The translations under genes and the position numbers were made by a program. From Planctomycetota bacterium (lineage in GTDB: Bacteria; Planctomycetota; Phycisphaerae; Phycisphaerales; SM1A02): a stretch of DNA of 64,000 nucleotides. The notes beneath the pieces are model-generated. The model saw nothing but the letters and a program-made list of their open reading frames with translations. It did no database searches and had not been told where the DNA came from. The stretch covers positions 2,706 to 66,705 of the forward strand of contig JAAELP010000193.1 of the NCBI GenBank assembly GCA_024226535.1, given 5' to 3'. Shown piece after piece: positions 1 through 9,412 of this stretch. Position 1 is the stretch's first letter. Each line of letters begins with the position of its first letter.

Positions 1-1335
1 GACGTCCTGGAACGCTCCGAGCCGGTGCACGATCCACTCGGCGCCGGCAGCGCGTACGAGCGCCGTGCACAACGGAGGCACGTGCAACCACGCCGCGACG
101 GTGAGTAGGACCGCCAGGAGCCAGACCATCTCGCGTCGCCGACCCACGAGCACCATGGCCGAGCACGCCATCGCTGCCAGGAGCACGCCGAGTCCACGTC
201 GTCCGGTGAAACCGCGGCCGAACTTGTGCATCACCCAACCGTTGTCGAACACCTTCAAGCGGCCGGAGACCTTGATCCGGGCCTTGCGGGCTTGCCGCTG
301 CTCCCTGGTCTCCTCCGCCCGCGACGGGCGATCCCCCCCGGCGGCGATGCCCGAAGCCGGGTGATGCGCCGTGGTCGCGTAGGTGACCACGGGGAACGGG
401 GCGGCGATCGCGAACGCCGCCACGCACAGCAGCGCGGCGCGACGGTGCTCGGCCCGGCGCCACCACTGGATCACCGCCCACACCGTGAACACCGGCGCGA
501 TCGTCATGGCGACGAAGACGGCGTAGATGGCGTGCGTCTGGGCGACGACGAGCATGACCGCCGCGATGGCGATCGCGCGGTTGCGGTCCGGCCCGTCGAC
601 GATCGTGCGCACGACGCACCCGAGCAGCACCGGCACCAGGAACCACGGCGCGAGCTGGTTCGGGTAGAGCATGAAGGTCACCGGACCGCGGCTGCCGAGC
701 ACGAACAGCGCGGCGACCCACGCCGCGGCGCGGCTCCGGAAGATCGCCCACCCTGCGTACCAGGCCCCGGAGACCACGAGCGCCTTGGCCGCGGCGAGGC
801 TGCTGAACCACGTCACGAGCGGATCGGTGCGCGTCGCCTGGGCGGCGCTGGCGAGCAGCGCGTGGATCAGGTTCGTGTGATACGACGGATAGAAGAAGTC
901 GCCGCCGATGAACGGATCGCGGTTCGAGAGCCCCTGCTCGAGGAGGAACCGCACGCGGGCCACGTGCACCACGGCGTCGGCGCCCAGGATCGACCCGACC
1001 CGTGCCGAGAGCACGAGGTCCCCGAGAACGATCGCGATCTCGAGGCCGAGCACGCCGAGCGCGAGGCCGGCCACCTCGCCCCAGCGGCGCTGCACCGCGA
1101 GGTCGACGACGCCCCACAGCACGAGGCCGCCGGCCGCCAGCGTGAGCAGCGCCAGCGGCACGCCGAGCACGTACCCCGGAATCGCCACCACCGACAGCGC
1201 CGCCGCCGCCGCCACGAACGAGAGGGCCAGCGCCGACATGAAACCGCTCTGCACGCCCTCGGGATCGACGCGGCGCGCCAGCGCGTAGCCCGGGATCAGG
1301 AGGCTCGTCCAGTAGACGAGAACGAGGATGCTCAC
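1..1335 (-). CDS. polytopic integral membrane protein, function unknown (runs off left window edge; C-terminal part missing)
   Basis: Absent from the ORF track because it has no stop inside the window. The minus-strand reading from GTG at 1335..1333 stays open to position 1. It translates as VSILVLVYWTSLLIPGYALARR...LSFVAAAAALSVVAIPGYVLGVPLALLTLAAGGLVLWG...TFMLYPNQLAPWFLVPVLLGCVV..., with many hydrophobic spans. The overlapping + ORF 226..1365 is an Arg/His/Asp-rich shadow. Confidence 0.6.
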   Translation of the reverse strand, partial: MSILVLVYWTSLLIPGYALARRVDPEGVQSGFMSALALSFVAAAAALSVVAIPGYVLGVPLALLTLAAGGLVLWGVVDLAVQRRWGEVAGLALGVLGLEIAIVLGDLVLSARVGSILGADAVVHVARVRFLLEQGLSNRDPFIGGDFFYPSYHTNLIHALLASAAQATRTDPLVTWFSSLAAAKALVVSGAWYAGWAIFRSRAAAWVAALFVLGSRGPVTFMLYPNQLAPWFLVPVLLGCVVRTIVDGPDRNRAIAIAAVMLVVAQTHAIYAVFVAMTIAPVFTVWAVIQWWRRAEHRRAALLCVAAFAIAAPFPVVTYATTAHHPASGIAAGGDRPSRAEETREQRQARKARIKVSGRLKVFDNGWVMHKFGRGFTGRRGLGVLLAAMACSAMVLVGRRREMVWLLAVLLTVAAWLHVPPLCTALVRAAGAEWIVHRLGAFQDV

Positions 1336-1424
1336 GAAGCCTCTCCGTCGACTACGGCTACGTGACCCCGCCGACGAACCGGGTCACGTCGAGCGGCTCA
1401 CCGTGCTCGTCGCCTCCGTGTGGA

Positions 1425-4400
1425 TCAGGGACACGCCCCCCAGGCGCCGATGATGACGAGAATATCCGCAAAGTCCACCGCGCCGTTGCCGTTGAGGTCC
1501 TCCGGGCAGCCCGGGCACGGTCCCCACGCCCCGATGACGGCGAGGATGTCGCCGAAGCCGACGTCGCCGCTGCCGTCGATGTCGCCCACGCACTCGCACT
1601 CATCGGCGATCCCGTTGCCGTTGACGTCGGTGAGGATGCCCTCGTCGATGTCGCAGTCGTCGGGCACGCCGTTGTCGTTGCAGTCGAGGGGGAAGGTCCC
1701 GTCGAAGCCGGCGGCGCGGACCATGGCGTCCCATCCCGGGTTCTGGATGGGGGTGACGGCACCGCCGGACGTCAGGTCGTTGGGGTCGATGAAGCCGAAG
1801 CCGTCGAAGAGGAACATCTCGCCGTCCGGCTCGCTCGTGTCCACCGCGGCGGGGGCCGTGTTGAACATGTCGTCGAAGATCACGCCGACGAAGAACGACG
1901 TGCCCGCGGGGCCGACGAACGTCGGGACGATCGGCTCGACGTTGAAGATGTTCGTGTTCACGTTCTGCGTCACCGTGTCGACGGACGCGAGCACCTGCGC
2001 GTCGGGGATGTCACCGTCGCCGTTCGGATCGCTCCAGACGTACAGGGTGGCGGGCTGATTCGTGACCGTGTTGCCCCAGGCGATCTCGATGGCGCTGATC
2101 CACTCGCTGCCCGGCTGCACGGTGAAGTGGTTGAGCCAGCCCATGACCACGGGGGAGACGAAGCCGATGTTCTGGTCCTTCGTCCCGTCGTCCCACAGGT
2201 ACGTCTGCGACAGCTCCGGGTCGCCGAGCTGGCACTCGTCGGGGATTCCGTCCGGCTGGCAGTCGTCGCTGGTGCCGAGCAGGATGTCGAGGCCGTCGAG
2301 GATGCCGTTGTTATTGCAGTCCTCGCACTCGTCGGGAATGCCCGACCCGTCCGTGTCCGCGCTCGTGCCGGAGGCGATGTCGCACCCGTCGGGCACGCCG
2401 TTGCCGTTGCAGTCGCCGAGCGTTTCGAGCTGGCAGTCGTCGGGGGCGAGGTCTCCGTTGCAGTCGTTGTTGACGAGCTGGCATTCGTCGGGGACGCCGT
2501 CGCCCTGGCAGTCGAGGCTCGTGCCGCCGGCGATGTCCAGGCCGTCCGGGGTCCCGTTGCCGTTGCAGTCCTCACACTCGTCCGGCACGCCGTTCCCGTC
2601 GACGTCTTCACTCGTGCCGGCGTCGATGTCGCAGAGATCGGGAATCCCGTTCAAGTTGCAGTCGCCCTGCGTGCCGAGCATGCGCGCCCGGATCAGCCAG
2701 TGACCCGGGAACAGGATGTCGTCGATCGTCCCGAACTCGGCCGCGCTGGCAAGGTCGTTGGGGTCGATCGGACTTCCGTCGCCGACGATCCAGCTCTGCC
2801 CGAAGTTGCTCCCCTGCGTGTCCATGGCGGCGGGGAAGTCGTTGGCGGTCACGGGCATCATGAAGCCCACGAAGAAGCGCGTGTTGGCCGGCCCGAGGTC
2901 CAGGTCGGTGACGTCGATCGTGAGGAAGACGTCCAGCTCCTGGACCACGTACTGGCCGGACCACAGGGCCTGGGCGTCCGTCGGGTCGCCGTCGCCGTTC
3001 GGGTCGCTCCACACGTGCACGTCCACCGTCGTTCCGAGGGGCATGAACACGAACATGACGTCGATCGCGTCGATGATCGACACGCCGGGCTCGACCGCGA
3101 ACATGTTGAGCCACGCCATGAAGGGGCCGCCGTTCGTGCGCACGCCGAACTCGGCCCCTCCGTCGTCGTATGACAGCACGACGTCCTCCCCCACCTGGCA
3201 TTCGTCGGGGATGCCGTCCGGCTGGCAGTCGTCGCTGGTCGCGGCGGCGACGTCGCACGAATCCACGACCCCGTTGCCGTTGCAGTCCTCGTCGGCGAGC
3301 TGGCACGCGTCGGGGACCCCGTCCCCGTCGCAGTCGTTGTCGACGAGCTGGCACTCGTCGGGAATGCCGTCGCCCTGGCAGTCGGGGCTGGTGCCGCCGG
3401 CGATGTCGCAGCCGTCGGGCGTACCGTTCTCGTTGCAGTCGGGATCGCACTCGTCGGGGATGCCGTTGGCGTCGCAGTCTTCGCTGAAGCCGGTGGCGAC
3501 GTCGCACTCGTCCGGCTCCCCGTTGCCGTTGCAGTCGGCCATGACGGGGCTTCTGAGCAGACGCAGGACGCGGAGCGCGCCGGCCGTGATGCGCAGCTCG
3601 TCGATCGCCCCCTTCAGGTGCTGGTTGACGTTGCCGGCGGCGTTCGTGTGCGCGCCCACGATCAGCGGGCCGGTGTTCGCGAAGAATCCCGGCGGGACGA
3701 CCGCGATCGTCTCGAACATGCCGTCGCGACCGAACCGCACCTCGCCGGTGTCCGCGTCGTAGGTCACGCTGACGGCGTGCCAGTCGAGATCCGAGATCTC
3801 CAGGTTCGAGGTCACCCCCCACGTCTGCGTGCCCGTGCCGAAGGTGACGAGCAGCTCGCGCCCGGTGAACCCGGACGTCTTGCCGAAGTTCTGGTCGAGA
3901 CCCGAGGAGAGGTTGCCCGACTGCACGAGCACCGAGTAGTCCGAGACGTCGCCGCTGGACGCGATCACCTTCTTCTGGAGCAGGTACTGACGCTGGCCCG
4001 TGCCGCTCGTGTCCGAGAGCTGGTCGAGCCGGACCCACGCCTCGATCGTGAAGCTCTCGCCGGCAAGCGTCAGGAGCCCTCCGGGATCCGTCACCTCGAT
4101 GAGACCGTCCGTGAACTCGATGGCGAACGTGTTGGGCTCGCCGGTCTGGGGAACGGGATCGACGGGCACGTCGGTGGTCGGGGCGACGGCCGCCGCTATG
4201 CCGTCGAGACCGTTGGGGCCGGAGTCGACGATGACGCCGCCGAGGTCCTCGAAGCGCCAGTATCCGACCGGGACCGGCGGCACGATGTCGCACTCGTCGG
4301 GCACGCAGTTCCCGTCGCAGTCGGTGCTCGTGCCGGCGAGGATGTCGCCGACGTCGGGGATGCCGTTGCCGTTGCAGTCCTCGCCGCAGACGTCGGGGTA

Positions 4401-5057
4401 GCCGTCGTCGTCGGTGTCGGCGAGGGGGCTGAGCGCGCTCATGGGCACGACCTCGCGTGGGAGCCCCGGCGCCTCCCACTCCAGCCGGGCCTCGGCCCCA
4501 CCGCCGGCTTCGAAGTAGTCCATCTGGAACAGGTATCGCTCGCCGCCGACGAGAGCGATCGCGCCCGACCATTCGGTCGGCGACTGATCGTGCCACTCGT
4601 CGATGAGCAACGCCTCGTCGATCCAGAGCCGCACCCCGTCGTCGGTGGTGGTGTAGAAGGTGTACGTGCCCGAGACGGGCGCCGTGATCGCGCCGGTCCA
4701 GCGCACCGTGAACTCGTCGTCCGGCAGGGCGGCGTCCGGCGATCCGTTGCCCCAGTTGAAATCGATGACGTCGTCGAACCGCACGAGCACACGTTCGCTG
4801 AAGCTGCCCGCGCCGGACTCGCTCACGTAGTACTGGCCGGTCAGACCGCCCGGGGCCAGCGCCTCGCAGGCGTCGAGGATGCCGCTGTCGTCGCAGTCGG
4901 CGCAGGGCTGGCACTCGTCGGGCACCGCGTCGCCATCGCAGTCCATCGACGTGCCGGTGGCGATGTCGATGGCATCGTCGATGCCGTTGCCGTTGCAGTC
5001 GATGATGCCGGTGCCCGTCACGATCGCGAGGACGAGGACAGGCAACACGGTCAGCAC
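1425..5057 (-). CDS. giant secreted modular protein: PA14 + LamG/ConA-like + about 20 Cys-bracketed Ca-type repeats + two copies of an unassigned ~170-aa domain + C-terminal double dockerin-like module
   Basis: In-frame part of track ORF 1425..5222. PA14-like segment GLTGQYY..FTVRWTG..YTFYTTTDDGVRLWID..YFEAGGGAEARLEW (~4467-4847). LamG-like segment YWRFED..FTIEAWVRLD..LDWHAVSVTYD..GAIDELRI (~3585-4265). Tail GDIDGSGDVGFGDILAVIGAWGPCPGCPEDLNGNGAVDFADILVIIGAWGACP. Start placed at GTG 5057 (VLTVLPVLVLAIVTG hydrophobic leader) because the 55 upstream codons are Arg-rich and overlap the paralog's 3' end. The start is uncertain. Confidence 0.85.
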   Translation of the reverse strand: MLTVLPVLVLAIVTGTGIIDCNGNGIDDAIDIATGTSMDCDGDAVPDECQPCADCDDSGILDACEALAPGGLTGQYYVSESGAGSFSERVLVRFDDVIDFNWGNGSPDAALPDDEFTVRWTGAITAPVSGTYTFYTTTDDGVRLWIDEALLIDEWHDQSPTEWSGAIALVGGERYLFQMDYFEAGGGAEARLEWEAPGLPREVVPMSALSPLADTDDDGYPDVCGEDCNGNGIPDVGDILAGTSTDCDGNCVPDECDIVPPVPVGYWRFEDLGGVIVDSGPNGLDGIAAAVAPTTDVPVDPVPQTGEPNTFAIEFTDGLIEVTDPGGLLTLAGESFTIEAWVRLDQLSDTSGTGQRQYLLQKKVIASSGDVSDYSVLVQSGNLSSGLDQNFGKTSGFTGRELLVTFGTGTQTWGVTSNLEISDLDWHAVSVTYDADTGEVRFGRDGMFETIAVVPPGFFANTGPLIVGAHTNAAGNVNQHLKGAIDELRITAGALRVLRLLRSPVMADCNGNGEPDECDVATGFSEDCDANGIPDECDPDCNENGTPDGCDIAGGTSPDCQGDGIPDECQLVDNDCDGDGVPDACQLADEDCNGNGVVDSCDVAAATSDDCQPDGIPDECQVGEDVVLSYDDGGAEFGVRTNGGPFMAWLNMFAVEPGVSIIDAIDVMFVFMPLGTTVDVHVWSDPNGDGDPTDAQALWSGQYVVQELDVFLTIDVTDLDLGPANTRFFVGFMMPVTANDFPAAMDTQGSNFGQSWIVGDGSPIDPNDLASAAEFGTIDDILFPGHWLIRARMLGTQGDCNLNGIPDLCDIDAGTSEDVDGNGVPDECEDCNGNGTPDGLDIAGGTSLDCQGDGVPDECQLVNNDCNGDLAPDDCQLETLGDCNGNGVPDGCDIASGTSADTDGSGIPDECEDCNNNGILDGLDILLGTSDDCQPDGIPDECQLGDPELSQTYLWDDGTKDQNIGFVSPVVMGWLNHFTVQPGSEWISAIEIAWGNTVTNQPATLYVWSDPNGDGDIPDAQVLASVDTVTQNVNTNIFNVEPIVPTFVGPAGTSFFVGVIFDDMFNTAPAAVDTSEPDGEMFLFDGFGFIDPNDLTSGGAVTPIQNPGWDAMVRAAGFDGTFPLDCNDNGVPDDCDIDEGILTDVNGNGIADECECVGDIDGSGDVGFGDILAVIGAWGPCPGCPEDLNGNGAVDFADILVIIGAWGACP

Positions 5058-7843
5058 GCTCCCCAACTGGCGATGATGATGAGAATGTCCGCGAAGTCCA
5101 CCGACCCGTTGTCGTTGAGATCCTCCGGACACGAGCCGCACGGCCCCCAGGCGCCGATGACGGCGAGGATGTCGCCGAAGCCGACGTCGCCGCTGCCGTC
5201 GAGGTCGGCCGGGCACTCGCACTCGTCGGGAATGCCGTTGACGTTCGCGTCGTGCTCGAGCACGCCGTCGGAACCGACCGCATGCACCAGGAAGTCGCTA
5301 TTGCCCCAGTTCAGGCTGACCCCCGCCCCGAGGTCATTCAGATCGAGCGAGCCGGAGGTGTCGTAGAAGATCCATCCCAGCCCGTCCGTCGGCTCGTCGC
5401 GATCCAGCGCAATGAAGCAAGCGCTGCCGTAGATGTCGTCGAAGTGCACGCCGACGAAGAACGCTGTTCCCACCGGCCCGACATAGGTCGGCGGAATCGG
5501 CACCACGTTGAGATTATCGAGGGGAGAGTCGATCTTCATCGTTCGCGTGTCGACCGTGATGATGACCTGGGCATCGGTGGGATCCCCGTCCCCGTTGGGG
5601 TCGGTCCACAGGACGACTTCGGCCGGCAGATCCGGAAAGGTGTCGCCCCACACGACCTCGATGGCGGAGATCCACTCGCCGCCCGCCTGGACGGTGAATG
5701 GGTTCATCCACGCAAACTCGAGGTCTGTTCCTCCGATGAAACAGAGATTCCCTTCCTGGACGCCGTCGTCGAGCGCGTAGGTCATGGACGTGACCGGCTC
5801 GCCGAGCTGACATTCATCCGGAACACCGTCGCCGTCGCAGTCGTCGCTCGAGCCCAGGAGGAGGTCCAGCGAGTCGACCAGGCCGTTGCCGTTGCAATCC
5901 TCGCATTCGTCCGGCACGCCCGAGCCGTCCGTGTCCACGTCGTAACCGGATGCGATGTCGCACGCGTCGAGGATCCCGTTGTCGTTGCAGTCATTGCCCT
6001 CGAGCTGGCAGTCATCGGGGACGCCGTCACCATCGCAGTCGTTGGCCGTCACCTGGCACTCGTCGGGGACGCCGTCGGCCTGGCAATCCGCGCTCGTCCC
6101 GCCGGCGATGTCGAAACCGTCGACGATGCCGTTGTCGTTGCAGTCCTCGCATTCGTCCGGGACGCCGTTGCCGTCGAGATCCTCGCTGGTCCCGACCTCG
6201 ATGTCGCAGTCATCAGGATTGCCGTTGCCGTTGCAGTCGGTTCCGTCACCACGCATCTGGGCGCGGATTATGAAGACGTTGCCGAACAACAGGTTGTTGA
6301 CCGTGCCGAACTCAACCGCCCCGGCGGAGAGATCGTTCGGGTCGATGGGAGCGTTGGACCCGACGCCCCAACTCCGGTCGGGCACGGGGACCCCCTCGAT
6401 GTCCAGCGCGGCGGGGAAGTCCTGGTCCGTCATCGACACCGTAAAGCCGACGAAGAAGCTCGCGCCGGTATCACCCACCTCGACGTCGGGAACGGCGATC
6501 TGGCTCAGTGAGCTGGTCTGCTGCACGGTCGCCGAATCCGACCACAGAACCTGGGCGTCGGTCGGATCACCGTCTCCGTTCGGGTCGGTCCACACGTACA
6601 CGCCGACCTGCGTCCCCAGGGACATGATGCCGAACTCCACCTCGATCCCCTCCACGGTTCCGGCCCCGTCGACGACGTTGAAGCGGTTGAGCCACGCCAT
6701 GTACGTCTCGTCCGCACGCCAGGCGATCCGCGCAAAGCCGCTGTCGTGGAAGAGACCGATCGCCTCGTCGAGCTGGCACTCGTCGGGGATGCCGTCCGGC
6801 TGACAGTCGTCGGACGTTGCGCCCGCGATGTCACATGCGTCGGCGATCCCGTTGCCGTTGCAGTCGGGGTCGCACTGGTCCGGGATCCCGTTGCCATCGC
6901 AATCGTTCCCCACGAGTTCGCACTCATCGGGCGCACCGTTGCCGTCGCAGTCGGCGCTCGTACCGTCGGCGACGTCGCACCCATCCGGCACGCCGTTGCC
7001 GTTGCAATCTGCCATCTCGTAGCTTGCCAGCAGCTGCCCGTCCGGCATGAAGTCGTCCACGATCCGAAGCTCGTCGATCGCCCCCTTCAGGTGCTGGTTG
7101 ACGCTGCCGGAGACGTTCGTGTGCGCGCCGATGATCAGCGGGCCCACGTTCGCGAAGAACCCCGGCGGGGATACCGGGATCGTCTCGAACATGCCGTCGC
7201 GACCGAAACGCACCTCCCCAGCCACGGCGTCGTAGGCCACGCTGACGGCGTGCCAGTCGAGATCCGAGATCTGGAGGTTCGACGTGACCCCCCACGTCTG
7301 CGTGCCCGTGCCGAAGGTGACGAGCAGCTCGCGCCCGGTGAACCCGGATGTCTTGCCGAAGTTCTCGTCGAGTCCCGACGAGAGGTTGCCCGACTGCACG
7401 AGCACCGAGTAGTCCGAGACGTCGCCGCTGGACGCGATCACCTTCTTCTGGAGCAGGTACTGGCGCTGCCCGGCGCCGCTCGTGTCCGAGAGCTGGTCGA
7501 GCCGGACCCACGCCTCGATGGTGAAGCTCTCGCCGGCGAACGTGAGCAGCCCCCCGGGATCCGCGACCTCGATGAGCCCGTCCGTGAAGTCGACGGCGAA
7601 CGCGTTGGGCTCGCTGGTCTTCGGGACGGGATCGACGGGGACGTCGGTGATCGGGGCGATGCTCACCGCCAGTCCGTCGAGGCCGTTGGGGCCGGAGTCG
7701 ACGATGACGCCGCCGAGGTCCTCGAATCGCCAGTAGGCGAGCGGCTCGATGACCGCGAGGTCGATGGCGTCGTCGATGCCGTTGCCGTTGCAGTCCGCGG
7801 GAACAGCCATCGCGAGAGCGAGCAGCGTGTACGGGAGGATCAT
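5051..7843 (-). CDS. giant secreted paralog: LamG/ConA-like + Cys-bracketed Ca-type repeats + two copies of the unassigned domain + double dockerin-like tail (no PA14)
   Basis: Track ORF, 930 aa. Short leader MILPYTLLALAMAVPA. LamG segment (~7058-7738) is nearly identical to that of 1425..5057. Tail DLDGSGDVGFGDILAVIGAWGPCGSCPEDLNDNGSVDFADILIIIASWGAC. Confidence 0.85.
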   Translation of the reverse strand: MILPYTLLALAMAVPADCNGNGIDDAIDLAVIEPLAYWRFEDLGGVIVDSGPNGLDGLAVSIAPITDVPVDPVPKTSEPNAFAVDFTDGLIEVADPGGLLTFAGESFTIEAWVRLDQLSDTSGAGQRQYLLQKKVIASSGDVSDYSVLVQSGNLSSGLDENFGKTSGFTGRELLVTFGTGTQTWGVTSNLQISDLDWHAVSVAYDAVAGEVRFGRDGMFETIPVSPPGFFANVGPLIIGAHTNVSGSVNQHLKGAIDELRIVDDFMPDGQLLASYEMADCNGNGVPDGCDVADGTSADCDGNGAPDECELVGNDCDGNGIPDQCDPDCNGNGIADACDIAGATSDDCQPDGIPDECQLDEAIGLFHDSGFARIAWRADETYMAWLNRFNVVDGAGTVEGIEVEFGIMSLGTQVGVYVWTDPNGDGDPTDAQVLWSDSATVQQTSSLSQIAVPDVEVGDTGASFFVGFTVSMTDQDFPAALDIEGVPVPDRSWGVGSNAPIDPNDLSAGAVEFGTVNNLLFGNVFIIRAQMRGDGTDCNGNGNPDDCDIEVGTSEDLDGNGVPDECEDCNDNGIVDGFDIAGGTSADCQADGVPDECQVTANDCDGDGVPDDCQLEGNDCNDNGILDACDIASGYDVDTDGSGVPDECEDCNGNGLVDSLDLLLGSSDDCDGDGVPDECQLGEPVTSMTYALDDGVQEGNLCFIGGTDLEFAWMNPFTVQAGGEWISAIEVVWGDTFPDLPAEVVLWTDPNGDGDPTDAQVIITVDTRTMKIDSPLDNLNVVPIPPTYVGPVGTAFFVGVHFDDIYGSACFIALDRDEPTDGLGWIFYDTSGSLDLNDLGAGVSLNWGNSDFLVHAVGSDGVLEHDANVNGIPDECECPADLDGSGDVGFGDILAVIGAWGPCGSCPEDLNDNGSVDFADILIIIASWGAC

Positions 7844-7928
7844 CGGAGCCTCATCTCTCTCCCCCCCGAGATGCGCGCAGGAACAGCGCTAGTCGAACAC
7901 ATCGAATTCTGACGATCGTCGGCCTCGA

Positions 7929-8324
7929 CTACGACGGGCACGGGCCCCACGCGCCGATCACGACCAGGATGTCGGCGAAGTCCACCTGGCCGTTGTTGTT
8001 GAGATCCTCGGGGCATCCGGCACACGGTCCCCACGCGCCGATGATCACGAGGATGTCGGCGAAATCGACGTCACCGTTGCCGTTCAGGTCCGGCGGGCAG
8101 GTGGCCGAGGTGCCGATGCCGGCGTGGACGGGTCTGAACCGGTAGTCGTCGTTGACGGGGAGCTGGGTGTCGGCGGAGCGGGCCGAGTGAAGGTCGCCCG
8201 TCTGGGCGTCCTTGGCGATACCAAAGCCCGCCGGCGCGAGTACGAGTGTGAGCACCGTCAGGAGCGTGGCCACCGCCGCACCCAGACCGACGAACTGCTT
8301 CTCACGGATCGACTTGGGGTCCAT
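7929..8324 (-). CDS. small membrane-anchored/secreted protein consisting essentially of a double dockerin-like module
   Basis: Track ORF, 131 aa. Hydrophobic N-terminal span GLGAAVATLLTVLTLVLAPAG, then DLNGNGDVDFADILVIIGAWGPCAGCPEDLNNNGQVDFADILVVIGAWGPCPS. Confidence 0.7.
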   Translation of the reverse strand: MDPKSIREKQFVGLGAAVATLLTVLTLVLAPAGFGIAKDAQTGDLHSARSADTQLPVNDDYRFRPVHAGIGTSATCPPDLNGNGDVDFADILVIIGAWGPCAGCPEDLNNNGQVDFADILVVIGAWGPCPS

Positions 8325-8487
8325 CGCACTTCCTCCTACCAGACGATGTCGAGTCTAACGGCCGACGCCGCCGGCCGCAACGGGTTTTCAAAAACTTCCC
8401 CGGAATCCCCGGTCCGGCCCCGTCAACCGTCTGGATACCCCTCTCAGACACGATTTTGGAGATCGGGCCCGTGGCCGTATCCTGCCC

Positions 8488-9396
8488 TTGATGACTGCCG
8501 GGACCGAGCACGAGGCCGGAACGCAGGGCCCACCCCCCGCCCGGGTGCCCCCCGCTTCCGCTTCTTGGCGACGACCCCGGCCCCGCTGGAGCAGCCGGCT
8601 CTCGGCCCCCCTCCGCTGCCTGCCGGATTTTCTCGTCATCGGGGCCCAGCGGTCGGGGACGACCTTCCTGTTCCAGGAGCTCTCGCGCCACCCCGCCGTG
8701 TGGATGCCGCCGTGCAAGGAGTGCCACCACTTCACGGCGCGGATGCGGTCCAGCCTGTGGTATCGGGCGTTCTTCCTCACGCGGGCCGCCCGGCGCCGCC
8801 GGGAGCGGGCGTGCGGCCGGCCGGTGCTCGTGGGCGAGGGGACGCCGTACTACCTCGTTCACCCGGCCGTACCGGCGCGGGTGGCCCGGCTGCTTCCGGC
8901 GGCGCGGCTCGTGGTGCTGCTGCGCGACCCCGTCGAGCGCGCGTACTCCCACTACCGGCACGAGATCCGGTACGGCCGCGAGCACCTGAGCTTCGAGGAA
9001 GCGCTCGATGCCGAGCCGCGGCGCATCGCCGGCGAACGCGAGCGTCTCGCGCGATCGCGCTTCGCGGCGAGCCCGGCGTACCAGCAGCACTCCTACGTGG
9101 AGCGCGGGCGGTACGCCGAGCAGCTCGAACGGTGGTTCGCCCACTTCGACCGATCGCAGGTGCTCGTCGTCTTCTCCGAGCATCTCTACGCCGATCCCGC
9201 ATCGACGACGGCGCGCGTCGAGGAGTTCCTCGGCCTGCCGCCGGGACCGGAGCAGGCGGCGACCATCCCGAACCCGGGGCTCGAGCTGGGCCCGATGGCG
9301 GACGAGACGCGCCGCCGGTTGCGCGCCGAGTTCGCCGAGTCCGACCGCGCGCTGGAACGGCTGCTCGGCGTGGGGGTGCCGTGGCCGCGGAGCTGA
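8488..9396 (+). CDS. sulfotransferase (Sulfotransfer_1-like; resembles heparan-sulfate N-/3-O-sulfotransferase type)
   Basis: PAPS 5'-phosphosulfate loop FLVIGAQRSGTTFLFQELSRHP and 3'-phosphate motif LLRDPVERAYSHYRH. Confidence 0.85.
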   Translation: MMTAGTEHEAGTQGPPPARVPPASASWRRPRPRWSSRLSAPLRCLPDFLVIGAQRSGTTFLFQELSRHPAVWMPPCKECHHFTARMRSSLWYRAFFLTRAARRRRERACGRPVLVGEGTPYYLVHPAVPARVARLLPAARLVVLLRDPVERAYSHYRHEIRYGREHLSFEEALDAEPRRIAGERERLARSRFAASPAYQQHSYVERGRYAEQLERWFAHFDRSQVLVVFSEHLYADPASTTARVEEFLGLPPGPEQAATIPNPGLELGPMADETRRRLRAEFAESDRALERLLGVGVPWPRS

Positions 9397-9412
9397 TCGT
9401 CCGGGTCGTTGC

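Noticed and set aside
226-1365. Long + strand ORF (379 aa) covering the left end
   Set aside because: Its composition is dominated by R/H/D/E/G runs (RRGRVGDHGERGGDRERRH...). It is the shadow of the hydrophobic membrane protein encoded on the minus strand.
1362-5366. Several long alternative-frame ORFs over the giant genes (1362..3173 +, 2608..5283 -, 3618..5366 +, 5252..6511 +, 6746..7912 +)
   Set aside because: They are low-complexity Arg/Val/Asp/Gly or Arg/Pro strings with no motifs. The minus frame chosen has PA14, LamG, repeat and dockerin-like signatures throughout.
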